64,000 nucleotides of DNA from an uncultured Acidobacteriota bacterium (GTDB lineage: Bacteria; Acidobacteriota; Thermoanaerobaculia; Multivoradales; SZUA-115), in the NCBI GenBank assembly GCA_963805975.1, contig CAWDVR010000001.1, forward strand, positions 864,001 to 928,000, written 5' to 3'. The position numbers were made by a program, and so were the translations under genes. Below, piece by piece: positions 39,397-52,014 of the stretch (within the stretch, counting starts at the first letter, position 1; the number at the start of each line of letters is the position of its first letter). Below the pieces are notes generated by a model. That model did no database searches, had not been told where the DNA came from, and saw only the letters and a list, made by a program, of their open reading frames with translations.

Positions 39397-40526
39397 TCCC
39401 CCTGCTCGTGGTCGCCGGCGAAGCCTCGGGCGACCTGCACGGCGCCCGCCTGCTCGAAGAGCTGGCACGGCTCGGCCGGCCGGTCGAGGCATTCGGCCTG
39501 GGCGGCGACGAGCTGCGCAAGGCCGGGCTCGAGACCCTGGCCGACAGCGCCGAGATCTCGGTGGTGGGGCTCGCCGAAGCGCTCCGCATCCTGCCGCGGG
39601 CGCGCCAGATCTTCCGCCAGCTCCTCTCGGAGGTGGAGCGGCGCCGGCCGCCGGCCGCCGTGCTGGTGGACTTCCCGGAGTTCAACCTCCGCCTCGCCCG
39701 CCAATTGCGGCGCCGCGGCGTCAAGGTGATCTACTACGTGAGCCCCCAGGTCTGGGCCTGGCGCCGGCGGCGCGTGGAGACCATTCGCAAGGTCGTGGAC
39801 CGCATGCTGGTGCTGTTTCCCTTCGAGGAGGAGTTCTACCACTGGCACGGCGTGCCGGCCCTCTGCGTGGGCCACCCGCTGGTCGACGAGGTGCCGGAGC
39901 TGCCCCAGGCCTGGGACCACGAGCGCCGTGCGGGCGAGCCCTTCCGGGTGGCACTCCTGCCGGGCTCACGGCGGAGCGAGATCTCCGCGCTGCTGCCGCT
40001 GATGGTCGGCGCCGTCGAGCGGCTCGCGGCGCGGCTGCCGATCCAGGCGAGCGTGGTGCGGGCGCCGACCGTGACCGAGGACGACCTGAGCGGGATGACC
40101 CGGGGAGCGGCCATCCCGCTGCCTATCGTGGCCGCGAACCGCTTCGATCACCTTGCCGGCTGCCACCTGGCCTTCTGCGCCTCGGGCACGGCCACCCTCG
40201 AGCTGGGCCTCCTGGGAACGCCGCTCCTGGTGCTCTACCACCTCAACCGTTGGACCTACCTGCTGGCGCGCCTGCTGGTGAAGCTGCCGCACATCAGCTT
40301 GGTCAACCTCGTGCTCGGGCGCACCGTGGTGCCGGAGCTTCTGCAGCACGAGGCCGAGCCGGCCAACGTGGCCGCGGTGGCTGAGGCCCTGCTCACCGAC
40401 CCGGCGCGCGTCGCGGACCTGCGCTCGGGGCTCGCCCTGCTGCGGGGCAAGCTGGGTGCGAGCGGCGCCGCGGCGCGGGCCGCCGCAGCCCTGGCCGCGG
40501 AGCTGCCGGCGGAGGGTGCGGCTTGA
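39393..40526 (+). CDS. lpxB: Lipid-A-disaccharide synthase
   Basis: AGEASGDLHG, DFPEFN, SPQVWAWR, VGHPL, LLPGSR, SGTATLE. Confidence 0.97.
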   Translation: MIPLLVVAGEASGDLHGARLLEELARLGRPVEAFGLGGDELRKAGLETLADSAEISVVGLAEALRILPRARQIFRQLLSEVERRRPPAAVLVDFPEFNLRLARQLRRRGVKVIYYVSPQVWAWRRRRVETIRKVVDRMLVLFPFEEEFYHWHGVPALCVGHPLVDEVPELPQAWDHERRAGEPFRVALLPGSRRSEISALLPLMVGAVERLAARLPIQASVVRAPTVTEDDLSGMTRGAAIPLPIVAANRFDHLAGCHLAFCASGTATLELGLLGTPLLVLYHLNRWTYLLARLLVKLPHISLVNLVLGRTVVPELLQHEAEPANVAAVAEALLTDPARVADLRSGLALLRGKLGASGAAARAAAALAAELPAEGAA

Positions 40527-42439
40527 GCCTCCCGTCCTTCCTCTTCCACTACTTCCGCCGCTACACCGCGTGGGCGCTGGTGGCCTTTGCCGCCGTGCTG
40601 GTCTTCGCCGCCGCCACCACCGGCATCGTGGCCCTGGTGGAGCCGATCTTCGGCGAGGTGCTCCTGGCCGGCGAGGAAGACCTGTCCGCCGGCGTGCCGT
40701 TGCTGGGCGCGAGCCCGGAGGAGGCGAAACCGGCCGCGGCTGGCGAGGAGAAAGCACCCCCCAACTTTCTCGAGCGTCTGGGCAAGAAGGTCAACCTGAA
40801 GGAGCACTTCCGCTCGAGCTACGAGAGCGTCAAGCGCCGGCTGGGCGTCGGCCCGGACGAGGTGGTGTACTTCGTTCCGATCCTGTTCGTGATCGTGTTC
40901 ATGATCCGGAGCCTCTCGGACTTCGTCTCCGGCTACGCCTTCCAGAAGATCGGGCTGGGCATCACCACCGACATCCGGGACGATCTCTATCGCCACATCC
41001 TGAACCAGTCGGCCCGGTTCTACGCCACGCATTCCTCGGGCGAGCTGGTGACGCGGGTGGTGAGCGACGTCTCGATGATGCAGAACGCGGTGTCGAACCG
41101 CCTGCTCGATCTCGTGCAGCAGTCGGTGACGCTGCTCTTGCTCCTCGCGTTGCTGCTCTCCACCCACTTCCAGCTCGCCCTGATCTGCCTGGTGCTGGCG
41201 CCGATCCTCCTGGTGCCGATCGTGCGCTTCGGCAAAGGCATGCGCAAGACCAGCCACCGCAGCCAGGAGCGGCTGGCGGACTTGACGGCGCTCCTCGCCG
41301 AGGGCGTGCGCGGCTACCGCGTGGTCAAGGCCTTCGGCATGGAGGAGTTCGAGGTCGGCAAGTTCCGCGAGGCCACGCGGCGCCACCTGCGGGTCAACCT
41401 GCGGGCGCAGATGCTGGCCAACCTCTCGGGGCCGGTGGTCGAGTCCCTGGCCGCGCTGGGCTCGGCGGCGCTGGTGGTCTACGCCGGCCACAGCATCCGT
41501 ACCGGCACGCTCACCGCGCCGATGCTGGTCGCCTTTCTCTCCAACCTGCTGCTGATGTACGACCCGATCCGCAAGCTCAACAAGGTGAACCTCGTCCTGC
41601 AACAGGCGGCTGCCGCCGGCCAGCGGGTGGCCTCGGTGATGGCGCTCGAGAGCGAGGTGCTGGAGAAGCCGGGCGCAGCGCCGATCGACGGCGTGCGGCA
41701 GTCGATCGCCTATGAGGGCGTGTGGTTCTCCTACGACGGCGAGGAGCAGCCCCGGGAACGACAGGTTCTCGCCGGCCTCGATCTCTCGATCCGCGCCGGC
41801 GAGGTGGTGGCGCTGGTGGGGCCCTCGGGCGCCGGCAAGACGACGCTCGTCAACCTTCTGCCGCGATTCTTCGACCCCGACCGCGGCCGGGTGACGATCG
41901 ACGGCCGTGACCTCCGCGACCTGAGGCTCAAGGATCTGCGCTCGCTGATCGGCATCGTCACCCAGGAGACGGTGCTGTTCAACGACACGATCCGCAACAA
42001 CATCGCTTACGGCCGCCTGGACCTGCCGATGGAAAGGGTACGCGAGGCGGCTGCTGCGGCCTATGCGGACGAGTTCATAAACCAGCTCCCGGCCGGGTAC
42101 GAGACCACGGTGGGGGAGGCGGGCCTGCGCCTCTCGGGGGGCCAGCGGCAGCGCCTGGCCATCGCCCGCGCCCTGCTCAAGAACGCGCCGCTCCTGATCC
42201 TCGACGAGGCCACCTCGCAGCTCGACACCGAGTCCGAGTCGCTGGTGCAGAAGGCGCTCGGCAACCTCATGCAGGGCCGCACCACGCTGGTCATCGCCCA
42301 CCGCCTCTCGACCGTGATGCGCGCCGACCGCATCGTGGTGATCGAAGGCGGCCGCATCGTAGAGTCCGGCCGCCACGAGGAGCTGATCCAGCGCGAGGGG
42401 CTGTACAAGCGGCTGTTCGAGCTGCAGTTCCAGGTGTAG
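40523..42439 (+). CDS. msbA: Lipid A exporter MsbA-like ABC transporter
   Basis: TMD plus GPSGAGKT, LSGGQRQR, LDEATS; coupled to lpxB. Confidence 0.88.
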   Translation: MSLPSFLFHYFRRYTAWALVAFAAVLVFAAATTGIVALVEPIFGEVLLAGEEDLSAGVPLLGASPEEAKPAAAGEEKAPPNFLERLGKKVNLKEHFRSSYESVKRRLGVGPDEVVYFVPILFVIVFMIRSLSDFVSGYAFQKIGLGITTDIRDDLYRHILNQSARFYATHSSGELVTRVVSDVSMMQNAVSNRLLDLVQQSVTLLLLLALLLSTHFQLALICLVLAPILLVPIVRFGKGMRKTSHRSQERLADLTALLAEGVRGYRVVKAFGMEEFEVGKFREATRRHLRVNLRAQMLANLSGPVVESLAALGSAALVVYAGHSIRTGTLTAPMLVAFLSNLLLMYDPIRKLNKVNLVLQQAAAAGQRVASVMALESEVLEKPGAAPIDGVRQSIAYEGVWFSYDGEEQPRERQVLAGLDLSIRAGEVVALVGPSGAGKTTLVNLLPRFFDPDRGRVTIDGRDLRDLRLKDLRSLIGIVTQETVLFNDTIRNNIAYGRLDLPMERVREAAAAAYADEFINQLPAGYETTVGEAGLRLSGGQRQRLAIARALLKNAPLLILDEATSQLDTESESLVQKALGNLMQGRTTLVIAHRLSTVMRADRIVVIEGGRIVESGRHEELIQREGLYKRLFELQFQV

Positions 42440-42530
42440 CGCGCAGGTCCGCTTCTGCGGCAAGATCGATCCCTGCTTCTGCACTCAGTTGCGCGCTTCG
42501 GGTAGAGGAGTGGGCGCACGCCGTGCGCCC

Positions 42531-45500
42531 CTACTCTCCCTCGATCACCAGCTTCGCTCCCGCCGAGTAGGCGTTGAACTCCGGTGCGTACATGGACTGG
42601 AGCGTCGCCGGGCCGATCTTGAACGCGCCGGCGAGGTTGGCGCGCAGGCGGTACTTGAAGGTGTGCTCGCCCGCGGGCAGCCAGTCGAAGAAGAAGTTGG
42701 TGCCGCTGTCGCGCACCTCCTCGTACCAGCCGAGGCCCGCTCCCCACTTGTAGCCCGAGGTGGTGGTCTCGGGCTCGAAGCCGGCGCCGCGCGGATCGCG
42801 CAGGTGGACGTACTCGGCGGCGTGCTTCGCGCGGATCGAGAGCTGCACCTCCACCTGATCGCCGGGCGCCAGCTCCGCCCCCTCGGCGAGCGGCTGGAGC
42901 ACCCACTCCCGCCCCTTCTGTACCCGCTTGAAGAAGCGGCGCGAGACGGTGAAGAAGTCACCGCGCTCCTCGGGCGGCAGCTCCTCGGTCGAGAAGTGCC
43001 AGGTCGCCGAGGCGAAGAGGAAGCCCGGCGTCTGCTTTTCGACGGTGATCGAGGACATCGACGCGGGCTCGATCTCCGGGCCGGGGACCACGATCTGGTT
43101 CTTCTTGCCGGTGTAGCGATCGGGCTCGAACACGAAGGTCTGGACACGGCTGCCCACCGTCACCTTGGCCTCCTCGCGCACCGCCAGCGTGCCCTCGTGC
43201 TCGAGGTAGTGGACCAGGGCGTAGATCACCTCGGCCGTGGCGCGGGTGGACTTCCAATGGTTGAGCTTCTTGTTGAGCAGCAGCCACTGCACCAGGCCGT
43301 GGCGTCGGGCGTCGGCCGGCTCGAGCTCGGTCAGGGTACGGAGCGCGAAGGAGTGGCTCTCGATGGTGTCGTTGTACCAGAGCCAGGCACGGTCCTCGGG
43401 CGCCCAGAAGGTGCCCAGCTCCTCGGTGGTCTTGGCCGAGTCCATGACGCTGTCGAACACCAGCTTGGCGTCGGCGGCACGGCCGGCGCGCTCGAGCGTC
43501 AGGGCAAGCTGGCCTTTGAGGAGCGGCGAGTGCTGCTTCCAATGGCGGAAGGAGAGATCGAGCATCCGCCGCCGCTCGTCGGCGGAGAAGACGCCGCCCG
43601 TCCACTCGTCGTCCGGGTAGCTCGACAGCACGTACCCGAGGAAAGTCACGAGCTCCCAGCAGCAGTCCTCCTTCACCAGGTCGCGGGCGATCTCCTCGAG
43701 GTAGTGCCGGTGGAGGTAGCTCCAGGCGGCCACGGTCAGATCCTGCGGCACCTCGATGCCGAACTCGCGGGCCCGGGCCAAGCCCTGCAGCACGTAGAGC
43801 GTCATGTACGGCGAGGGCGGGCCGCCCGGCCACCAGGGGAAGCCGCCGAGCGAGGTCTGGGACTGCCGCAGCTTGGCGAGCGACGCCTCGCGCTGCGCTT
43901 TCGCGATGCGCGGGTCGAGGACGTTGATCAGCTCCGTGCCCTCCTGGGCCTCGGCACCGCCCCGAGCCTGGGTGAGCCAGGGTGTCTCCTCGAGAGCCAT
44001 CTTGCGGTTCGGGTCGGCGCCGGCGAAGGTCTCCAGGCGGGTCTCGCGCTCGGACATCTGCTTGGCCATGCGCGCCACCGACGGGTATTTCTCGTAGAGC
44101 GAGGCGACGATACCGGTCGAGAGGAAGCGGTTGAGGGTCTGCTCGCTGCACTCGTAGGGATAGTCGACGAGGTAGGGCAGGGCGGAGAGCACGCTGTAGA
44201 AGAGCTGCGCGTCGAGCGTCACCACCAGCTGCTCGTCGATCCGGGTCGCGTCCTCCCGCAGCATGTCCTCGAGGCGCAGCGTCTTCGTGGCCCGGTCCTT
44301 CAGGGTCACGAAGCGGGACTGCGCCAGGTGGAAGCGGCCGGGCAGGAGCGGGCAGGGGCCGCAGCTCGCCGTCCGACAGGTCGCCGGCCCTGGCCACCAC
44401 CTTGAAGGCCACCTGGCCGACGCGCGGCGGGGCCTTGACCGGGAAGGTCAGCGTGGTGCCCTTGCCGGGCTCGACCGAGAAGCTCCGGCCACGGGCCTGG
44501 CTCTCGGGCAGGCCGAACTCGGCGAGCAGGTTGTTTCCGCTCTCGGGGTCGAGGATCTCGAAGTCGAGGCGGCCGGAGAGCGGCACCTCGCCGCCGTTGT
44601 TGACCACTACCTTGATCGCCGCCTCGTCGCCCTCGCGCAGGAAGCGGGGCAGGTAGGGGCGCACCATGAGATCCTTCACCGACGCCGCCTTTTGGGTGAG
44701 CGAGCCGGCCCGGAAGTCCTTGGTCAGGGCGTGCACCCACACGTTCCACTCGGTGACCGAGTCCGGCACCGTGAATTCGAACGACACCGCGCCGTCCGCG
44801 CCGGTCAGCAGGTGCGGATACCAGAAGGCGGTTTCGGAAAAGTCGCTCCGCAGCTCCACTGTCGCGGCCGGAGGCGGCGGGGGGGGCGGTGGAACCGAGC
44901 CGGCGGCCGAGTCGAACGCTGCTTTCGCCGCCTGCGGGACCATTCCGGCGGCTACCGCGCCTTCGCCTCCCACCACGACCTCCTCCGCGATCTCCACCGG
45001 CTGCACCATGCTCGGGTTCGCCATGCGCATGGGAGCGGGGAACCTCCTCCGACCGGGGCCGCCGATGCCGTAGCCGTCGAAGAACTTGAGCCGGTCCGGC
45101 GTCGTCCGCGAGAAGTCGGGCAGCACGCTCAGGCCCTCGCCCTCCCGCCAGACGACCGAGCTGCTGCCCAGGCTGGAACGCACGCCGAACGGCACCACCG
45201 GCCCCGGGTAGAGCGCGAGCGGGTCTGCCGGCTGGTGGGGGGCGAAGAAGTCCAGGCTGCGGTCGTACATGTAGGCCAGCACCTCGGCCGCGCCGGCCGC
45301 CTGCACCTTCTCGTCCTTGCCGCGCACCGTCACCCGCCAGGTCTCCTTGCCGCCGGGCCGCAGGCGGTCGCGGAAGCTGGCGAACTCGACTGTGAGCTCG
45401 CGGTCGTCCCAGGGCACGAGCACGGTGGCCTCTTCGGTGAGCAACTGGTGGTCCCGCACGCCGGTGAGACTGACGGTCAGGCTGCCGCGATCCCGGTCGG

Positions 45501-48500
45501 TGATCGGGATCTCGAGAATGCGGGCGCCGTCTTTCGAGGTGATCTCGCGCCGCTCCAGGCGTGCGGTGCCGCGGAAGACCTCGAGGGTCAGCGGCTGGCC
45601 GTCCAGGCCGGAGTGGAGGAGGAAGCGCGCCGTGCCGCCCACAGACACCGACGGGGCCTCGGCGGCCACCACCAGAGGCAGGGCGAGCGGGGTCGCGGCC
45701 TCGCGGGCCACCACCAGCTCGCGGCTGGCCTCGAAGCGGGCGCCGAAGGCGTCGGTGGTCTCGTAGCGCAGGCGGTAGGCGCCGGGCGCCAGGCCGGCGA
45801 GCTCGATCTTGGCCTCGCCGGAGGCTCCGTGCTCGAGCGCGCCACGCTTCAGCTCGGCGCCGTCGCCCCACAGGCTGAGCGCCGCCTCGGCAGGCAGGCC
45901 CCCGTCCCACCGCGGGCGCAGCCGGTCGCCCGGGGTCTGGTAGCTCTCTTCGCCCTGAGTCTTGGCCGGCGCGGGGGGGAGCGGCTGCTCGGCCGGGAGC
46001 TTCGCCTCCGGCGGCTGCGCCAGGGACAGGAGCCGCCAGGACCCCGTGCCGGGCAGCGGCTGGCCGTCGAGGTTGGTGCGCTTGACGGTGATCACTGCCG
46101 TCTCGTCGGCGCGCACGAAACCGGCATCGGTCGAGAGCGTGGCCTCGACGGCCACGAAGCCGACCCGGAAGATACGTTCGGCCGAGCGCGTCTCGCCGCC
46201 TTCGTCGGTCACGTCCACGGCCAGGGAATAGCCATAGGAGAGTCCCGGCGTCGCCGCTTCGCGCTCGTCGGCCTCGGGGGTGAAGGTGAGGTGGAACTTG
46301 CCTTCGGCGTCCAGAGCTTCGCTACCGGTCGCGATCACCTGCGGCGGGCTGGAGGGGCGGCTCCACCACCACCAAGGGGGATACTGCGGCACCCTCGTCA
46401 CCCGCCAGGCGACCTCGCCGGCGGTGACCGGAAGCCCGAAGTAGTAGCGCACCGTGCCGGTGAGCGCCGCCGGCCGGTTGATGCGGAGCGGCGCCGTGGG
46501 GTCGTCGATCGTGGCCTCGAACGTCGGGCGCTTGTACTCCTCGACCTGGATCCACGAAGTGCCGCCGACCGAGGTGCGGACCGTCCAGCCGCCGAGCAGG
46601 CGGCCGGACGGGATGCGGAAGCGCCCGGAGGCCGAGCCGTGGGCGTTGCTGGTCACCGTGGCGCTCGCCACCACCTCGCCGTTGGGGTCGGCGAGCTCCA
46701 CCTCGAGCTTCTTCTTGGGCTCGACCTCGAAGCGCTGGCGGTTGCCCCGCGAGCGGTAGGCCACCACTTTCCACAGCACTTCCTGCTCGGGCCGGTAGAC
46801 GCTGCGGTCGGTGTAGACCAGAGCGTCACTCCCGTCCTCCGCCCGGTAGAGCGGGTTGAAGCCGAAGCTCTCGAGGTCGGCGGTCTCGTCCGTGCCCTTG
46901 CGGGCGAAGAGGACGTAGCCGCGGTCTTTGCGAACCGAGCCGCCGGCGAAGGTCACGCGGCCGTCGGCGGTGGTGGTCCGCGTCTCGACCACGCGATGGT
47001 GACTCTGCCAGTCCAGGACGTAGAGGGAGACCTCGGCGGCGGCGACCGGCGCGCCGGTCGCTCCGGAGCGCACCGTCACCTCGTGGCTCTCGAGCGGCTG
47101 CCGGGAGATCAGCACCAGGTCGCTCACGATTATATTCACGGCCGAGAGCAGGTTGCCGGCGGCGACGAAGTCCTGCCGGCCGGAGGCGACTACCACCCAC
47201 AGGCCGGGCTCGGTGAACGGCGGAACCAGGTAGGTGGTGTGGCTGCGCAGGTCCGGGGTGGGCGGCAGCTCGGCCACCCACTCGCGGTCGGGCCTGCGGC
47301 CGCGGACGATCTCCGGCACCTCGCGGTAGGCCGGCAGCAGGTTGTAGTCCTCGCCGGCATCGAGGGTCTGCTTCAGGTTCAGGCGGTAGGCGCGGAAGTA
47401 GAGCTTGCCGAGGTTGGCGTGCCGCACCTGGATCGACCGGCGGCTGCTGCCGTCGACCGCCATGGCAGTGAGGTCGTAGGACGGGGCCTCGAGCTGGGCC
47501 ACGATCGCCGCGCAGCGCTGGCCACCGATCGAGTCGGGGTGGGCCTCGGCCCCGGCGCGGGCGGCCGCGCGGGCGTCCACCAGCGCGTTGGGACGGTCCT
47601 CCTCCCGCAGCCAGCCCGCCAGCGTCGCCTGCCCCCAAGACCACCACTCGAAGCTGCGGCCGAGCGCGGCCGAGTGCTGGGAGAGGTTCTTCTTGAGCCG
47701 TTCCCGGTCTTCTTCGCGGGTGAAGGAGGCCGCCAGGTGCCGCAGGCGCGCCAGGCGGGCCTCGAACGCGGCCTCCGGCTGGCGCCGGCCGCGGTGCCAG
47801 GTCTCGAGGTCGGCGAGGATGGCGGCGATCTTCGCCAGCGGATGGGCCTCCGGCGAAGCGAGGTCGTTCTCCGCCGGGAGCGGCGCCGGGCCGAGGAGCT
47901 TTTCGAGGTCGAGCCGGTACACGCCGTTGTTGTGCTCCGGCCGCCACTGGGAGGTGTCGGTGAGGAGCTCGACCCAGAGGTAGCTGACCGCGTCGCGCAG
48001 CGTGCCGCGGATGCGCGGCGGGTAATCGTTCTGCTCGATGTACTCGGCGAGCCGGCCGATCGACTGCTCTCCCCACGCGGCGCGGTCCTTCCACACCGCG
48101 AGGTAAGCCTCCTGGGCCGCGCCGAAGATCTGCTCCCGGGTCCAGGTCTTGAGGTCGACGGCCTCCGTGCTCTCCACCCGCTCGCGCTGGCCGATCTCCC
48201 AGCCGTAGGCCTGGAGGTAGAAGACCAGAGACTGGCCGTAGAACAGGTTCAGGACCGAGCGGTAGAGCGGCTCTTCGGGCCAGGGCTGCTCTTTGTAGGT
48301 GCGCACCGCGGTCTCGAAGCTGCCGAGCGCGGTCTCGAGCTGCACCTGGCGGATGAGGGCCCGGGTCCAGCTCTCCTCGTCCCCGGCCTGGCGGGCGGCA
48401 TCGCGGATCTTCGTCACGCGCTGGGCCGCCTCCTGCATCTTCTGCTCGGAGATCAGGCGATCGACCTCTTGCCACTCGGGCCCCGGCGGGCTGGGTTCTG

Positions 48501-48654
48501 GAGCCATGGCACTCCCTTGGGCGGGTTCAGTGGATGCGGGCACGGCAGCGGCCGGCGCAGAAGCGGCCCGGTCGCAGGCGGCGGGGATCGCCAGGACCAG
48601 CAGCAGGGAGGCGGTGGGGACGAGGAGGCGGAGGGTCGAGGTTCGGGCATGCAT
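42531..48654 (-). CDS. Bacterial alpha-2-macroglobulin lipoprotein, interrupted by one frameshift near 44350
   Basis: Lipobox-like PAAC, TDRSVYRP, VEEYKRPTF, R.DF.ETAFW.P, YPYECSEQ thioester motif, SMYAPEF; frames join as GELRPLPLLPGRFHLAQSRFVTLKD if one base is removed. Confidence 0.9.
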
Positions 48655-48754
48655 AGTGGCAGATTAGACCTTGCCGCGACGCAAAAGGAAACCGCTGCGC
48701 CGGGCGCGCAGAGGAATCCTAGAGCCATGGCCACTCCAGGCTAGTATGAAACGC

Positions 48755-49332
48755 ATGTTGCGGCGGACGACCACCGACGACATCACGACGCTCCTCGGTC
48801 GCTGGCGCGGCGGCGACCGGGGTGCCCTCTCGCAGCTCTTCCCGCGCGTCTACTCCGAGCTGCGCCGGCTCGCCGAGAGCGCGATGCAGCGCGAGCGCGG
48901 AGAGCACACGCTGCAGGCCACGGCCCTGGTCCACGAGGCCTATCTGCGGCTCGCCGGCGGCCAGGCCCCGCGGCTCGAGGACCGTGGCCACTTCTTCGCG
49001 CTCTCGGCGCGGCTGATGCGGCGCGTCCTGGTCGACCACGCGCGCGGCTCGCGCGCCGAGCGGCGCGGCGGCGGCGCGCTGCGAGTGCCCCTCGAAGACG
49101 CCGAGGTCTCGTCCACTCCCCAGCCGGTCGACCTCCTGGCGCTCGACGAGGCCCTGACCGCCCTGGCCGCCATCGACCGCCGTAAGGCCAGGGTGGTCGA
49201 GCTGCGGTTCTTCGGTGGCCTGCAGGTCGACGAGACCGCGTTGCTCCTCGGCGTCTCGGTGCCGACCGTGGTCGCCGACACTCGCTTCGCCCGCGCCTGG
49301 CTCTTCGCCAGGCTCGAAGGCCACCTCCATCC

Positions 49333-49336
<4 letters not shown>
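48755..49336 (+). CDS. ECF sigma factor of the kinase-associated type (ECF43/EcfK-like)
   Basis: HTLQATALVHEAYLRL, MRRVLVDHAR, VVELRFFGGL; start at 48746 or 48755. Confidence 0.92.
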
Positions 49337-51832
<2,496 letters not shown>

Positions 51833-52014
51833 CCTGCCGAGAGATCCTGGTCCGGTGCTCGACACCCCCTGCGGGTCACGCTGCGCCCCTCCCAGGGCGT
51901 CTCGGCAGGTCAGCGTCGCCTGGCGAACACGCAGTCTGATCATCTCCGGCGGCTCCCCTTTGCGCAGTAGAGGCAGGAGCGTCCATCCGCCGGACGCCGT
52001 GAAAGGAGCCCCGG

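Noticed and set aside
44263-48744. 1493-aa plus-strand ORF and the many other long antisense or alternate-frame ORFs
   Set aside because: Shadows of real genes caused by high-GC codon bias; no recognisable motifs
51833-52014. Possible ECF promoter shared between the S8 and A2M upstream regions (both contain GCGCAG)
   Set aside because: Spacing to upstream elements differs and the hexamer is common in GC-rich DNA
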